Shown here: piece by piece, positions 12,061-25,573 of the stretch
How the letters are laid out: the number at the start of each line of letters is the position of its first letter
How positions within the stretch are numbered: the first letter of the stretch is position 1
Assembly (NCBI GenBank): GCA_951406725.2
Contig: OX597815.1
Location: 168,454,001-168,518,000 of the forward strand
Reading direction: 5' to 3'
DNA: 64,000 nucleotides
Source of the DNA: Octopus vulgaris
Taxonomy: Eukaryota
The notes under the pieces: model-generated
Database searches by the model: none
The model's input: only the letters and a program-made list of their open reading frames with translations
What the model was told of the DNA's origin: nothing
Translations under genes and position numbers: made by a program

Positions 12061-13302
12061 CAGATCAAATAGAATAATTTACGCACACAACCCGTACCCT
12101 ATACAATTAACACCTAATAATATAAAACAACACAGCTCATACAACATTTACTATACAAAATTAATGCCCAATAAAATAACACAACTTATTATACACAGTA
12201 GAACAAATGATTATATAACTCAAGGAACAACAGGCTAAACCCCATAAAACAAATTGTGCAGTATACTAACAGGAGGAATCTATACACCTTCATAACCCAT
12301 TAAGGTAAGAACAAACAATGTTATATACATCTAAAGAACACCTGCAGCACCAGGTAGTGCAGGAGAAACTAATATGAAACTATTGAAGAAATGATAGTAA
12401 TAATCCTTTCTTCTATATGCACAAGGCCTGAAATTTCTGGAGAGGGGTAGTTTGATTACTATTGACCCCAATGCTCATCTGGTATTTATTTATCACCCAA
12501 CCGAAAGGATAAAAGACAAAGTTAATGGCTTCAAATTTTTGGTACAAGGCCAGCCATTTTGGTGGGAGTGGGTCAGTTGATTACATTGATCTCAAACAAT
12601 GTAATCAACTGGTACTTTATGGAATTTCAACTGTGTTTCGAAAATCTGCTACCACAACAGCTCCTTTATAGGATCCAGTTAGCTCAAGACATCATCAGGA
12701 GGAACCACATCCGGTTTGGGCCCCTACACCTCTACCGTTTTGACGTTGTGCCCCCCACACACACACACTTTGGGAGATGTCTTCAGCTCTAGTGTTGGGT
12801 GCATGTCTTCTTTCTTCTTCTTTTTTATGTTTCCTGGCATTTTCGATGTAGTGTTAATGAGTGTCAGTGGATGACTGACTGTCTTGTCAAATTTTTTCCT
12901 TTAAATTCCTGCCGCTAGACTCCAGCAGGCAGCCCCAGCAAGTTATTATGTGACATTGTCTCAACTTTAACTGACCAATGAAGGCACATAGTCTTATTGA
13001 CCCTAAAAAGAAGAAAGGTAAAGTTGACCATGGCAAATAATAATAACCCAATATATGGCATTAGAAAGGCTGCCCACCCATAGAAACCATGCCAAAATAA
13101 ACTTTGGGGTATGACACCATCCTCATTTAACAGGCAGTTACCAGATGTTAAATGATGATGATGATGATGATAATGATGATGAAGATGATGAGTAGTATTT
13201 GACTAGCAAATAAAAACTTTATTCTTTTGCTTGTTTCAGTCATTTGGTTGCAGCCATGCTAGGGCACTGCCCTGAAGAATTTTAGTTGAATGAATCAACT
13301 CT

Positions 13303-13560
13303 ACAGTTCTATATTTAAGAAATGAGGAATTATGTACATTTATTACATTATTTACATTTGACGGATATTTATCCTCATCTTGATTGTTGTTAACACAACG
13401 TTTCAGCCGATATACCTTCCAGCCTTCATCAGGTGTCTTGGGGAAATTTTGAACCTGGGTTCTCATTCCTAATGCTATTCCCAATGCTATTATTATCACT
13501 AGTAGTAGTAGTAGCAGTAGTATTCAGATCACTGCCTGGAATTGAACTTGGAATCTTGGA
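13303..13560 (-). mobile_element. Non-autonomous element: tRNA B-box-like head + hammerhead-containing Penelope-like tail
   Basis: Minus strand AAGATTCCAAGTTCAATTCCAGGC (B box), simple repeat, hammerhead, AT-rich tail; interrupts a family 1 SINE. Confidence 0.6.
13392..13437 (-). ncRNA. Minimal type I hammerhead ribozyme motif
   Basis: Minus strand GACAC-CUGAUGA-A-GGCUG(10 nt)CGGCU-GAAA-C-GUU-GUGUU: stem I GACAC/GUGUU, stem II GGCUG/CGGCU (2 wobbles), palindromic ACGU stem III, GUU triplet. Activity untested. Confidence 0.7.
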
Positions 13561-15294
13561 TATTGATGAATTGGGTATAGCTGATCATGTATGAAACAAA
13601 CACACATACACAACAGGCTTCTTTCAGTTTCCATCTACCAAATTCACTCATAAGACTTTGATTGACCCTAGGTTATATTAGGAGGTTGTTGTGTCCTAGC
13701 ATATGGGCTGCTTCTTTTAGTTTTCGTATTTTCCAGTGGTGTTCTCTGTCTATTAGCAAACTTCATACAACACAGCCACACCTATTACATAACTATTCAG
13801 TGGCTGATACATTTATATCAGATCCACTTTAAGCATTATATTTAAAAAATTACTATTATATATTAAAACTACCTAAGAACTACAGCACAAGTTCTTGTAT
13901 AATAGTGAAGACTTTACAACAGCATTTGAAATCAGTAAGTTAATTAAACAGTGTCCACAGTTTACAAACGTGTTGTTTATTTGTACCTAATCATGGTGCT
14001 AATTTGGGGTTAGGAGAACAGAATCAGTGCATAAATATTATTAAGCATCTAGACCCTGCACTTAGTGCAGCATTGGTAAGATATGATAACAACCCATTGA
14101 TCTTTCATCGACTGAGTTTACGGTATTTAGTGGTAAGTACAGGTTTTGATCATTGATTGAAAATGTATTTGCTTTTACAGTGTTATAGCAACTACATAGC
14201 AATATCTCAGTTGTCAGCTTGTCTAAAGTTTAATATCTTATCCACTATAGATCTATATTAGGAAATATTGATGTATTTGATGTTCAGTTTTTATGGAAAA
14301 GGACTTACAAAAATTACTCAAAGGGTATTTGTGACCTTTAACTATTATCAAACAGGGATAGATGGGGTCTGTTAAATATAGCTTTGAAGCCTAAAAAATG
14401 CACCTAAAATGTATTCACCATGTAATTATTATTATCATTGTTTCCATCATAAACATCACCCATTCACCATCACTTATCAATACTAGCCTGATAATTGCTG
14501 CTGCTATCACCCAAATCATCACCACCACCACCAACAACAACAACACCACTATACTATAACAACATTCAAATCACTTCTACCACTACCATCACCTTTACTG
14601 CTGCCCCCACCATTGTCAACTAAGAACAATGACACAGCTATTAACTATCATTAAAAATAAAACAAAAAATATATCTTGATGCTCTAAATAGGCTCTTTTT
14701 TTTTTAGCATGTTATTCAGGAGCTAAGTTACAGAGCACATCCAAATATGGTTAAAGAAGGATGGAAATGAGTATAAAAGCCTCAAGTATAGTACTACACA
14801 AAAAATTAAAACAGGTATTTGCTTAGGGCAAATAAGGGAGAATCTATGAGGTTATTTAATCTCCTAGAAATAGTAGCTCAATCTCTCTCAACTAACACTC
14901 TACCATAAAAAGAAAATGGAGGTAGCATAAACCCTTTAGCATACGAACCAACTATATCAGGACCAAATATTTTATTTGTTTTATGTTTAGACTAGCCAGA
15001 TCTGATCTCTCACACCTACCCTACAATGACATTCTAAAAATGCAACAATCACATTATTGAACTCTCAAAGCTAGAGATAATGCATGATTATTTCAAAACA
15101 ATATGAATAAATAAGCATTACATTTGACAGAAAAATCTGAATGTTAAAGGGTTAAACTGGCCAGAACTGGCCTCTTATACCTATCCTACAATATCATTCT
15201 AAAAATAAACCATCACATTGTGAAAATTTCAGAGCAACAAGTTAATGCATGATTAATACAAAAACAATGTAAATAAATATTACATTTGATGAGA

Positions 15295-15630
15295 AGACAC
15301 ATGACTCAGTGGTTAGAGTGTCAGGCTCACAATCATAAGGTAGTGAGTTCAATTCCCTGACCCAGGCTGTGTTGTGTCCTTGAGCAAGACACTTTATTTC
15401 ATGTTGTTCAGTTTATTCAATAATAAAAATGAGTTGTGACATTACTGGTGCCAAGCTGTATTGGCCTTTGCCTTTCCCTTGGATAACAACAGCGGCATGA
15501 AGAGGGAAAGATGGTATGCACGGGCGACTTCTGGTCTTCTATAAACAACCTTGCCTGGACTTGTGTCTCAGAGGATAACTTTCTAGGTGCAATCCCATGG
15601 TCATTCATGACCGAAGGGGATCTTTACCCC
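15295..15630 (+). mobile_element. tRNA-derived CORE-like SINE (family 3) nested in a piggyBac-type MITE
   Basis: A box TGACTCAGTGG, B box GAGTTCAATTCC, CORE-like TGTGTCCTTGAGCAAGACACTT; related copies at ~3260-3530 and ~32050-32300. Confidence 0.72.
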
Positions 15631-18600
15631 TTTTTACATTTGACTGAATAATCTGAATACTAAAGGGTTAAATAACCTAGTCCTACACACACTGTGGCCA
15701 GAAAAATGTCGAGATGGTCATACTAGAATACCTTTTATCAAGCCTGGCATAAATAACAACTAACACCTCCCTCAAGACAATAATTCAAAAGAACACCAAT
15801 ATTAGTTTTCATGCTGTAGTTGTCAGCTTGTCTTAAGTTTAATATATTATCTACACTACACACAACATTGGTTTCAAATTTTGGTACAAGGCCAGCAATT
15901 GGTGGGAGAAAGGGTAAGTTGATTCATCAATCCCAAAGCTCAACTGGTACTTATTTTACCAACCCACCAAAATGACAAAAGGCAAAGTCAACCTCGGCAA
16001 CATTTGAACTCAGAATGATAAGTTGGAAGAAATGCCACTGAGCATTTTGTATTGCATGATAGTGATTCTGCCTGATCGCCACCTTATATGGTAGTACAGT
16101 AAATATAGATTTCAAATTTTGGTACAAGGCGAGCAGGTCTGGGGGAGAGGCTGAGTCTATTACATCGACCCCAGTGTCCAACTGGTACTTATTTTATTGG
16201 CCTTAAAAGGATGAAAGGCCAAGTCGACCCCAGCAGAATTTGAACTCAGAAAGTTAGGATAGATGGAATATCACTAAGCATTTTGCCCAGTGTGCTAACG
16301 ATTCAACCAGCTTGCCACCTTCAGTACAGTAAATATTAAAGGGATTTCATAATGAAGTAATTTAAGTCATTCTGTTGTGTGGATAGAATATAGCTATTAA
16401 AGTAATGTATTCATTGCCAGTCCCGCCTGACTGGCCCCGTGCCGGTGGCATGTAAAAACACCCACTACACTCTCGGAGTGGATGGCATTAAGAAGGGCAT
16501 CCAGCTGTTGAAACTCTGCCAGATCAAGATTGGAGCCTGGTTCGGCCATCTGGTTCGCCAGCCCTCAGTCAAAATCGTCCAATCCATGCTAGCATGGAAG
16601 GCGGACGTTAAACGATGATGATGATGATGATAATGATTCAGTTTAAGGGAAATTGTGATTATTCTGTCTTTTATTGCTGATATCAACAATAAAGCCAAGG
16701 GAAAACACCTCAGGATAGCATTCTGCATATAAAATACAAGTAGGTACAGGCATGGCTGCGTGATTAAGAAGCTTACTTCCCAACCATAAGGTCTTGGGTT
16801 CAGTCCCACTGCATGGCACCTTGAATAAGTGTCTTCTACTGTAGCCTTATGAGTAGATTTCATAGATGGAAACTGAAAGAAGCCCATTTTATATATATAT
16901 ATATAAAATTTTTAATTAGCACGGAGCATAAGGATGCAGGAAAAGCATCAACCTGTTTAGAAATAAGAGCTAAAGTCCTAATTCAACCACCAGAAGGCAC
17001 CAAAATAACAGAAAATAACAGTAAGCGAGGAAACAGATAAAGAATTAAGATATTAAAAAGCATACCTACAAGGATTATGCCATTCAGATGCTCATATACC
17101 AAGGTTTCAACTTTCTTCAGTATGAGTTACTGGGAAAAAATTCTAAATCTGCCACATTATAAATCCATTAGCGTTGTGGCTTGTTTTGTGCCAAGCCAGT
17201 CCACACACACATATATATATAGAGAGAGAAAGATATCTATATGTATGTATGAGTGTGTGTGTGTGTACCCTTACCTAGACAATACATGGTGGTTGTAATA
17301 AGCATCATCATCACACTAACGAGGTTGTTCCTTTCCAGTTTTTCATGAAAAACATGTCTAGCTTAGAGAAAATATTACCTTGGTTGGAAACAAGTGAGAG
17401 TTGGTGACAGGAAGGGTACCCAGCCATAAAAAAATCTGCCCCAGCAAATTCCATCTGACCCATGCAAGCATGGAAAAGTGATATTAAAATATGATGGAAG
17501 GGTCTAACATATGCAATATACTGACTTGAAAAACTGAGAATATTCAAGGAGTTAATAAACAAAAACTTCTAGGGGTTAAAAAAACCCTAAAAAGAAGGGA
17601 GCTAATTTCAATAAAGTCAGCTTTTTGGAAAGTTTGGACAAAATAAACAATGTGGACTGGATTGGATCTGAACTGATGAAAATGATATGTTTTAGTCTTA
17701 TACCATTTTTTCTTTTATTTGATTCAGTCATTTGACCGCCTTTAGTTGAAGAAATCAACCCCAGGACTTATTCTTTGTAAGCCTAGTACTTATTCTATTG
17801 GTCTCTTTTGCTAAACTGCTAAATTACGGGGACGTAAACACACCAACATCGGTTGTCAAGTGATGGTGGGGGAATAAACACAGACACACAAAGATATACA
17901 TATATATATATGATGGGCTTCTTTCAGTTTCTGTCTACCAAATTCACTCACAAGGCTTTGGTCAGCTTGAGGCTATAGTAGTACCCAAGGTGCCATGCGG
18001 TGGGACTGAACCCGGAATCATGTGGTTGGTAAGCAAGCTATTTACTACACAGCCACCCCTGCACCTAAAAATAATTTTTCGTGCTTGCCAGGATTCAAAC
18101 CTGGAATCTTCAACTTTATGTTTTTCTTTGAAGTGTGTTAAAAGAATGTTGAAATATGAATGTTATATTAAGCAAGGTAACAGTAGGTCTTTGTTCAGTT
18201 TATGCATGTTATTATTGTTTAGATTAGCCTTGACTGCACAAATATATTTATTACAGACATTTCAGCTGTGACCATCCTACTGTTTTGAATACTGGAGATT
18301 ACATTGACCTCTTTATTTAAGGTGAGGTTTGAAGGATTTGGTTGTTATTTCTAACGTGCTGAGAAATCACACAGAGGTTACTTTGTCAAATGTCAGTTTA
18401 CATAATGCTGTTTAACCCTAGGTCAGACCTATTGGAGTAGACCTATGATTAAAAATGTTCTTACTATGACCCTTTCATTCTTTCCTTGGGTATTGTGTAA
18501 TTTGGACTATATCTTCCAATGTGTTCTTCATTTTCCAAGATTGTTGTTTGTAATTTGAGAGATATTTCATGGTTATTTCTAGCAGATTGAATTAATCTTG

Positions 18601-19869
18601 TACAGAGTCCATTTTTGCAAGGTTGATTTCAAATTTTAGCACAAGGCCAGAAATTTTGAGGAAGGGAGTAAGATGATTATATGGACCCCAGAGTTCAATT
18701 GGTACTTATTTTATTGACCCCCCCCCTCCCACCCCCCCAAAAAAGACAAAAAGCAAAGTCAACTCTGGCAGAATTTGAACTCAGAATATACAGATGGACA
18801 AAATACCACTAAGCATTTTACCTGGCATGATAATGATCCTACCAGCTCACTACCTTTAGTCAGGTACTAATATTACAGTAAGATAACACAACCAATAAAT
18901 TGTCAGAGTTGGTGGAGTAAGAAACTGAATGGTTTTCTAATATTTAGAGTAGTCAGAATATAGAGGATATCACCATGCTGGGTTTCATTCTGTTTATCAT
19001 CCAACAAGAGCTGATAAAAATACCAGCAATACACTGGAGCTTTTTATCTACTTTTTTGCAAGCTGTCAGTATTTACCAATTCTTCACTACTCTGCAGAAG
19101 TATTTATGTCTAGCACTATCATGAAGCAAAATGTTTTCTAATGATAAAGAAATCAGGGTAACCATAGCAGTGAGCTATACTTTGCTAAAGTATCTCTTTT
19201 GCAGGTAGTTAGCAATGAGAATAAAGTAATTTTCACCCTGATGATGTTAAAGGAATCGCTGAGTTTTCTGGTTGCTATGTTAAGAAATGTATAACTTAAA
19301 GTTTGTCTTACAGATTATTTTCTTTATCTTGGACGTGTTGCTGGCCCACAATTTCAATTGTTATTCTTTCAAACCATCTTTGAGGACTATAGGCCAGTTG
19401 TTAGAATAGCAGACTCAGTACATAAAATAAAGGTCTCCAGGTTCAATCCAAGCTTATGAATATCCTGGTATATACCTGATATAGCAAAAATACAGATATA
19501 ACTCAATAATTTGCCATTCTTTTGAAAAAATACACAGGTGGTTAAAATTTTTGAAATGTTGGAATCTTAAGTAGATGACAAGTTAGAAGAAATGATATCA
19601 TGTAAGACTGAAAACTTTACAATATTCAGTTTTGTAGCTAAAAGCACTATGCATTCAAATCCTTCTGGAGATAACTCTACTTTTAATTCTAATTATAAAC
19701 CATAAGAATTAATTTATCAAACATGAAAGGATGAAAAGCAAAGGTGACATCAGCAGAATTTGAACCCAGAATGTGAAGACAGACGAAATACAAAAAAATA
19801 ACCATTAATAATAAATGGCATTTAATCCTCAGCCAAACTCACAATCTTCAATTTTTTGCTTGTGTGCTT

Positions 19870-20313
19870 ATCCTCATCTATGGTCACGAATGAGTGAAAG
19901 AGTATAATTGCAAATACAAGTAGCCAAAAGAGGTTCCTCTGAAGAATCTCAGGGGTAACATTACTCAACAGGGTCTGCAGTTTTAGAGATCAATGAGTCT
20001 CTCCAGGTCGAGCCATTATTTCTCTACAGTGAGAAGTCAGAGCTCCAGTACTGTAGACATGTGATAAGAATGTCACAAGAAAGGGTCGCAAAGTGAATTC
20101 TTCAAGCTGAGCCAACTAACAGAAGACCTAAGAGTAGATCAAAAACAAGATGGTTGGTAGGAGTGGCTGTGTGGTAAGTAGCTTGCTCACCAACCACATG
20201 GTTCCAGGTTCAGTCCCACTGCGTGGCACCTTGGGCAAGTGTCTTCTATAGCTTTGGGCCGACCAAAGACTTGTGAGTGGATTTGGTAGACGAAAACTGA
20301 AAGAAGCCCGTCT

Positions 20314-20344
<31 letters not shown>

Positions 20345-20710
20345 TTGTGTGTCTGTGTTTGTGTGTCTGTGTTTGTCCCCCCAACATCACTTGTCAACCG
20401 ATGCTGGTGCGTTTAGGTCCCCGTAACTTAGTGGTTCGGCAAAAGAGACTGATAGAATAAGTACTAGGCTTACAAAAGAATAAGTCCTGGGGTCGATTTG
20501 CTCGACTAAAGGCGGTGCTCCAGCATGGCCACAGTCAAATGACTGAAACAAGTAAAAGAGTAAAAGAGTCTCAGCCGGTCATACTTGGGAACCCAGCTGG
20601 AAAGTCTAGCGGTGGTTGCTTCTAATAGGACCCTATGGATGAGGTGCCTGAGGACTTACCCCACCATAACCCTCCCTGGAATAGTAGGCAGAGATGGATG
20701 AAATGAATAC
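19870..20710 (+). mobile_element. RTE-clade LINE 3' fragment split by a SINE (20157-20568)
   Basis: LQYCRHVIRMSQER...ILQAEPTNRRPKSRSKTRW, matching the LRWxGHVxRM...GRRPRGRPRTRW RTE C-terminus. Confidence 0.65.
20157..20568 (+). mobile_element. tRNA-derived CORE-type SINE (family 1), near-complete copy
   Basis: A box TGGCTGTGTGG, B box GGTTCAGTCCC, CORE-like GCACCTTGGGCAAGTGTCTT, central (TA)n(TG)n and (GTAAAAGA)n tail. Other copies at ~1735-2045(-), 7433-7912(-), 8935-9325(-), 13222-13680(-, split), 16743-16890(+), 17700-18065(-), 39843-40262(-) and 45150-45310(-). Resembles the described octopus OR-type CORE-SINEs (not verified). Confidence 0.88.
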
Positions 20711-22349
20711 ATACTAATTATTAATATCAGTATTAAGGTTGGTTTGAGTGACTATAATCTGTTCCTAACAAAAAGTGACAACAATAGAAATTGAAGTGAC
20801 ATGTAAGATTATATGAAAAAAATTCTGTATTTAATGTTTATTTTTATAACTGTCTGAGAAGACAAAAAGAAAAGGAAAAAAGAAGGAAAGAAACATCCCT
20901 ATTAGATACAGAATGTCGAATTGAATTAATTAGAACTAATTCTACTTCTGACATGAAAATTAATCTAATTAGTATTTTATTATTACCTGATATGAAAGTG
21001 AATAAGACTGACACAGTTTTATTTTTTTACCATATAATTTTCTAATAACATCCAAGAAACCAAGCCAGAAGCATATTTTGATCAAACATATTCATTGATA
21101 ATGTAAGCATTTTGATGGAATAAATACCAATTCCTTGCTTAAATTACAAGACCAATTTTCTCTTCCTCTCTCTCTCTCTCTCCATCACACACACACACAC
21201 AGTAGTTCAATGAAAATTTTAATACATCATGAAATATATATATAAATTTGAAATGAATTTAACAACTTTATGTGTTATCAAATGGTTAGAATGTTTATTT
21301 CCTCCACAATGTAATTGCTTCAGTTTCAGCACACAGTCTCAGATCATGTCACTTGCTAGACAAGCTCAACTCTGAAATATGTACAGATGCACACACACGC
21401 ACACACACACACACGCACACACACACACACACGCACACACACACACGTGCATATGAAATGGGAGAGAAATGAACACATATATACACACGCACACACATAT
21501 TGAACATATCGGAGAGAAATTCCGTTAAAAATGAAAGTGAGGCTGAAATTGTAATTAACGAAATGATGATTAAAGAGTGTAATGTCTGATATGTAACATT
21601 ATAAAAGTTGCACTGAAATATAATCACAGACATCCCAACCTCCTCCCACAAATAAATTAATTAATGAAGTCAATATTTCCTCATCATTGGCATCTTTAGT
21701 TCATTTATGTCATGTAATAGCGTTTAGGTTATTTTGGGTTCCGACATACAAAGTAGGAATTAAATATGCTGTAAAATGACCAAGATAAATAAATAAAGCT
21801 TTAAAAATATATCAAAATGAAATAACAAATGTAAATCTGTATACACAAAACACATTTTTTTTTTTTTTTAATATTTTCTTCTTTTTCTGTTTTGAAGTTT
21901 TAGAGAAGGACAGCAGAACTAAAATTAATCATAAAAAATTTTTAAATTACAAAGAAAGGAGGGAAAACATCAGGAAAAAACTGAGAATTTTGACACACAG
22001 AAGCCCTAATGTTAACCAGGGACTCCAAGTTTTAAAATAATTACAACAATGAAACATGATAATTGATATCTGATATATGTGGGTGTGACTGTGGTAAGGA
22101 GGTTGCTTCCCAACCATATGGTTCTGGGTTCAGTCCCATTGCATGGCATCTTCTACTATAGCTCCAAGTTCTCCAAAGCCTGGAAACTAAAAGAAGCCCA
22201 TCATATATATATATATACATATACATATCCTTTATGATATTATATTGCACTTATTATATGTCTAACCATGGAGAAATACAACCTTGCTTGGAGACAGATG
22301 AGGGTTGGCGACAGGAAAGGTTTCCAGCCATGGAAAACCTGTCTCAATA

Positions 22350-23530
22350 AATTCTATTATTAAGACCAAATTCCATCTCGATGTCATCACTGAATGATTT
22401 CACAGTATGTAGTAGTCCTTCAAGCTCATTATCATCTTTGCCATAGAGTTTTAAGTCATCCATATAAAATAGATAACTTATTTTCTTATTGCCAATTTTA
22501 TATCCATACTCTGTACTGTTAAGTTCACTTGTAAGTAGTATTAAGGCTATGCAGAAAATTAAAGGTGAAAGTGAGTCACCTTCGAAAATGCTGCAATTGA
22601 TATTAATATTTTTTGTGGTCAGTACTCCATAAGAGTGGTATAATTGGAGATTTGTATTCCACTTTGACATGTACTTCAGGAAGTTTGAAATCATAAGAGA
22701 AATTTTGAAGATATCCAGCAATTTCAAGATCCATGAATGCGGTATGCTGTCAAAGGCCTTTTTATAATCAATTCAAACAGAACTGAGATTTATGCGTTTG
22801 TTATAGCAGTTCCCAAGGATCATGCGACTGATTAAGAGTTGCTCTTTGCATCCATATGATCCTCATCAGCATCCTTTTTGTTCAGTGGGGAAAATATCAT
22901 TCTGTTCCATAAATTTGTATGTTTTCCCCACAAGGATGGATGTTAAAATTTTATACATAGTAGATAGACATGTTATGGACCGATAGTTTTGGGGAAATTT
23001 GATTTCATTATTCTTTGGGAGTAGGTAAGTAATACCTCTTGCTAACCAATCACGCGTTTCCGTAGAATCTCTCATAATTTCATTGAATAACTGAGATAAC
23101 ATTTTATGTGTGCATGGGAGTGAGGTGAGCCAGAAATTTGGCACCCTATCATTACCATGGGATTTCCACAGCTGAGCCTCCATAAGTGTCATCCTTAGGT
23201 CTGCTATTGTTATGTCTTCCCATGCTTGTTCTGTTAAGTTTTGGTAGGATCCTTTTGTGCATCTAATCCAGTCTGCATTTTCATTGTAAGTCTTTTCATC
23301 ACCCCAAATATTTTTCCAAAAGTTTTCAATTTCTTCCATGACTGGTGGGGGTTTCAACAGTTATTTTCTCCTTCCCTATTTCTCCGTGAAATTTGTTTCT
23401 CTTCTCAAATCTTCGTATTCTTTGAGCTTTTGATCAAACTTTTTGTTGCAGTATTTCTTTTGCTGAAAGCAGTTCCCTTGGTGAGAATCTATGTTTTTTC
23501 TTCATCTTTCTTCTTTTCTGGTTTTTACAC
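22350..23530 (-). mobile_element. R4/Dong-type non-LTR retrotransposon RT fragment
   Basis: FWKNIW, NFWL, GITYLLPK, NYRSITCLSTMYKILT, EQKGC, IDYKKAFDSIPHSW, IFEGDSLSP and LFYMDDLKLY; stops and frameshifts present. Confidence 0.85.
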
Positions 23531-25450
23531 CGTTTTTATTATTTACTATTATTATTATGATAATGATGATGATAATGATGATGATGGTGATGATGATGAT
23601 GATGATGATGTTGATGATGAAAGATTTTATCAAACCGTGGAGGAATATAGCAGTGCTATGAAAACTTGGCCTTGTGTAAGGTGAAAAGTTGATTACACTG
23701 GCCCCAAGGGCTTGATTAGTAATTTATTTTATCGACTTTCCAATGATGAAAGGCAAATTTAACTTTGTCAGGATTTGAACTCCGAACATATAAGGCCATG
23801 ACTAAATATCACAAGATGGTTTGCCTCATGATTTGATGATTCTGCTAGATCAGTACTTTCATAATAATTTTTCTAGCATAAGTACATCATCATCATCATC
23901 ATCATCATCATCGTTTAACGTCCGTTTTCCATGCTTGCATGGGTTGGATGGTTTGACCAGGGTTTTGGAAGCCAGGAGGCTGCACCAGGCTCCAGTCTGA
24001 TCAGGCAGTGTTTCTACAGCTGGATGCCCTTCCTAATGCCAACCACTCCGTGAGTGTAGTGGGTGCTTTTTACGTACCACCGGCACAGGGGCCAGAGGAG
24101 GCTGGCAAACGGCCATGATCGGTTGGTGCTTTTACCTGTCACCGACATGGACGCCAGTCAGGCGGTGCTGGCATCAGCCACATCCGGACGGTGTTTTTAA
24201 CGTGTCCCCGGCACGGGTATCTTAACTACAATTTCCATTTGATTTTTATTTTGATGTTGGTGTTGACGTACTTGACTCAATAGGTCTCCTCAAGAACAGC
24301 GGGTCACTCTATGATCCAAGGTTAGCACAGCAGGCCATCCTGCAAGCCATGAACTCACTTCATTTGTTGGGTCTTCACAGTCACAGCATATCTCAGAGGT
24401 CGTCCAGAATTTAATATTTTTTTGAAAGGGAAGGAGAGAGGCTAGTCGATTATATTAATCCAGTTCTTAAGTGGTACTTTATTTTTATCACCTATCCAAC
24501 CACCCCCAAAATAAGAAAAGGTAAAGATGACTTTGGAAGGGTTTGAACCTTAATTTTAAGAGCTGAAAGAAATGTTGCAAGGCATTTTTCTGATGCCTTA
24601 ATGATCATGCTAATCCACTGCAAAGATAATAATTAATAATAATTTTTAATCTATGCACAAGGCCACAAATTTTTGTGAGTGAGAATTTAGTTTATTAAAT
24701 CAACATTAGGGCTTTATTTATCACCCCCACCCCCAAATAAAAGGCAATGTAGCCTTTAATGGGATTTGAACTTCCATTAAAATGTAAAGAGTCAGAACAA
24801 ACACACCACAATACACTTTGACCATTGATTTTAATGATTCAGCCAAATAATAATGGTTTCTTATTGAGGCACAAGGACACAGATATTTGGAAGAAAGGAG
24901 CAGTCAACTGAATCAATCACAGTACTTCACCAGTATTTATATTGCTGAATATACCACCCTCTGGAAAGATGAAACAATACAGTTGTTCTCAGTGGCCTTG
25001 AACTCGGAACACAATACATACATCAAAAAATTTAATATGATACTGAACAGAGTCTACCACCAATCACTTTTTTCAAAAATGGTTTCAAATTTTGGCACAA
25101 GGCCAGCAATTTCAGGGAAGGGGTTAAGTCAATTACATCGACCCCAGTGCTTGACTGGTACTTAATTTATTGACGACAGATGACAGACGAAAATGCTGTT
25201 AAGCATTTTGCCTGGCATGCTAACATTTTTCAATAAAAATAACTTCAATTTAGACTATAAAGAAATATGCCATAAGGCATTTCACTCTGTCAGTCTATCG
25301 TTTATGCCAATGAAGATAAAGATAAATAAAAACACAATGTGGAGATTGTGAAGATAGAATACACCAAGAGGACCTTTAACTTCCAAATTCTGGTTAAAGG
25401 TTTTGAAGAGATTACAGGTGAGCAAAAACTCAGTAGAATTGTCTGTGTTT

Positions 25451-25573
25451 TCACATGAAAGTGGTATCATCCAAATTGGGTTTGTTCTGAGATCGGGATT
25501 CAAAGAGTTCTCTAATCAAGGCAGATTTTTCTTGCTCAAGCAGTGTTATTTTATCACATTTTGTTGAAATCTC
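25451..25573 (-). CDS. SAPCD2: SAPCD2-like terminal coding exon: EISTKCDKITLLEQEKSALIRELFESRSQNKPNLDDTTFM*
   Basis: Acceptor catttattttacag; TGA at 25453-25451. Read directly from sequence (too short for the ORF track). Matches the SAPCD2 C-terminus EVxxKSxRITQLEQEKSALIKQLFEAR...DSTFI*. Confidence 0.92.
   Translation of the reverse strand, partial: EISTKCDKITLLEQEKSALIRELFESRSQNKPNLDDTTFM

Noticed and set aside
18075-18115. tRNA-like 3' half on the minus strand (and tRNA-like boxes near 19385-19450)
   Set aside because: No complete cloverleaf; consistent with SINE heads or tRNA fragments, so no tRNA gene is called.
23241-23684. 147-aa plus-strand ORF with a poly-Asp tract
   Set aside because: Antisense to the R4-type RT fragment plus a (GAT)n microsatellite.
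24700-25450. SAPCD2 polyadenylation site
   Set aside because: Candidate AATAAA hexamers on the minus strand fall in SINE or AT-rich sequence; the 3' end cannot be placed without transcript data.
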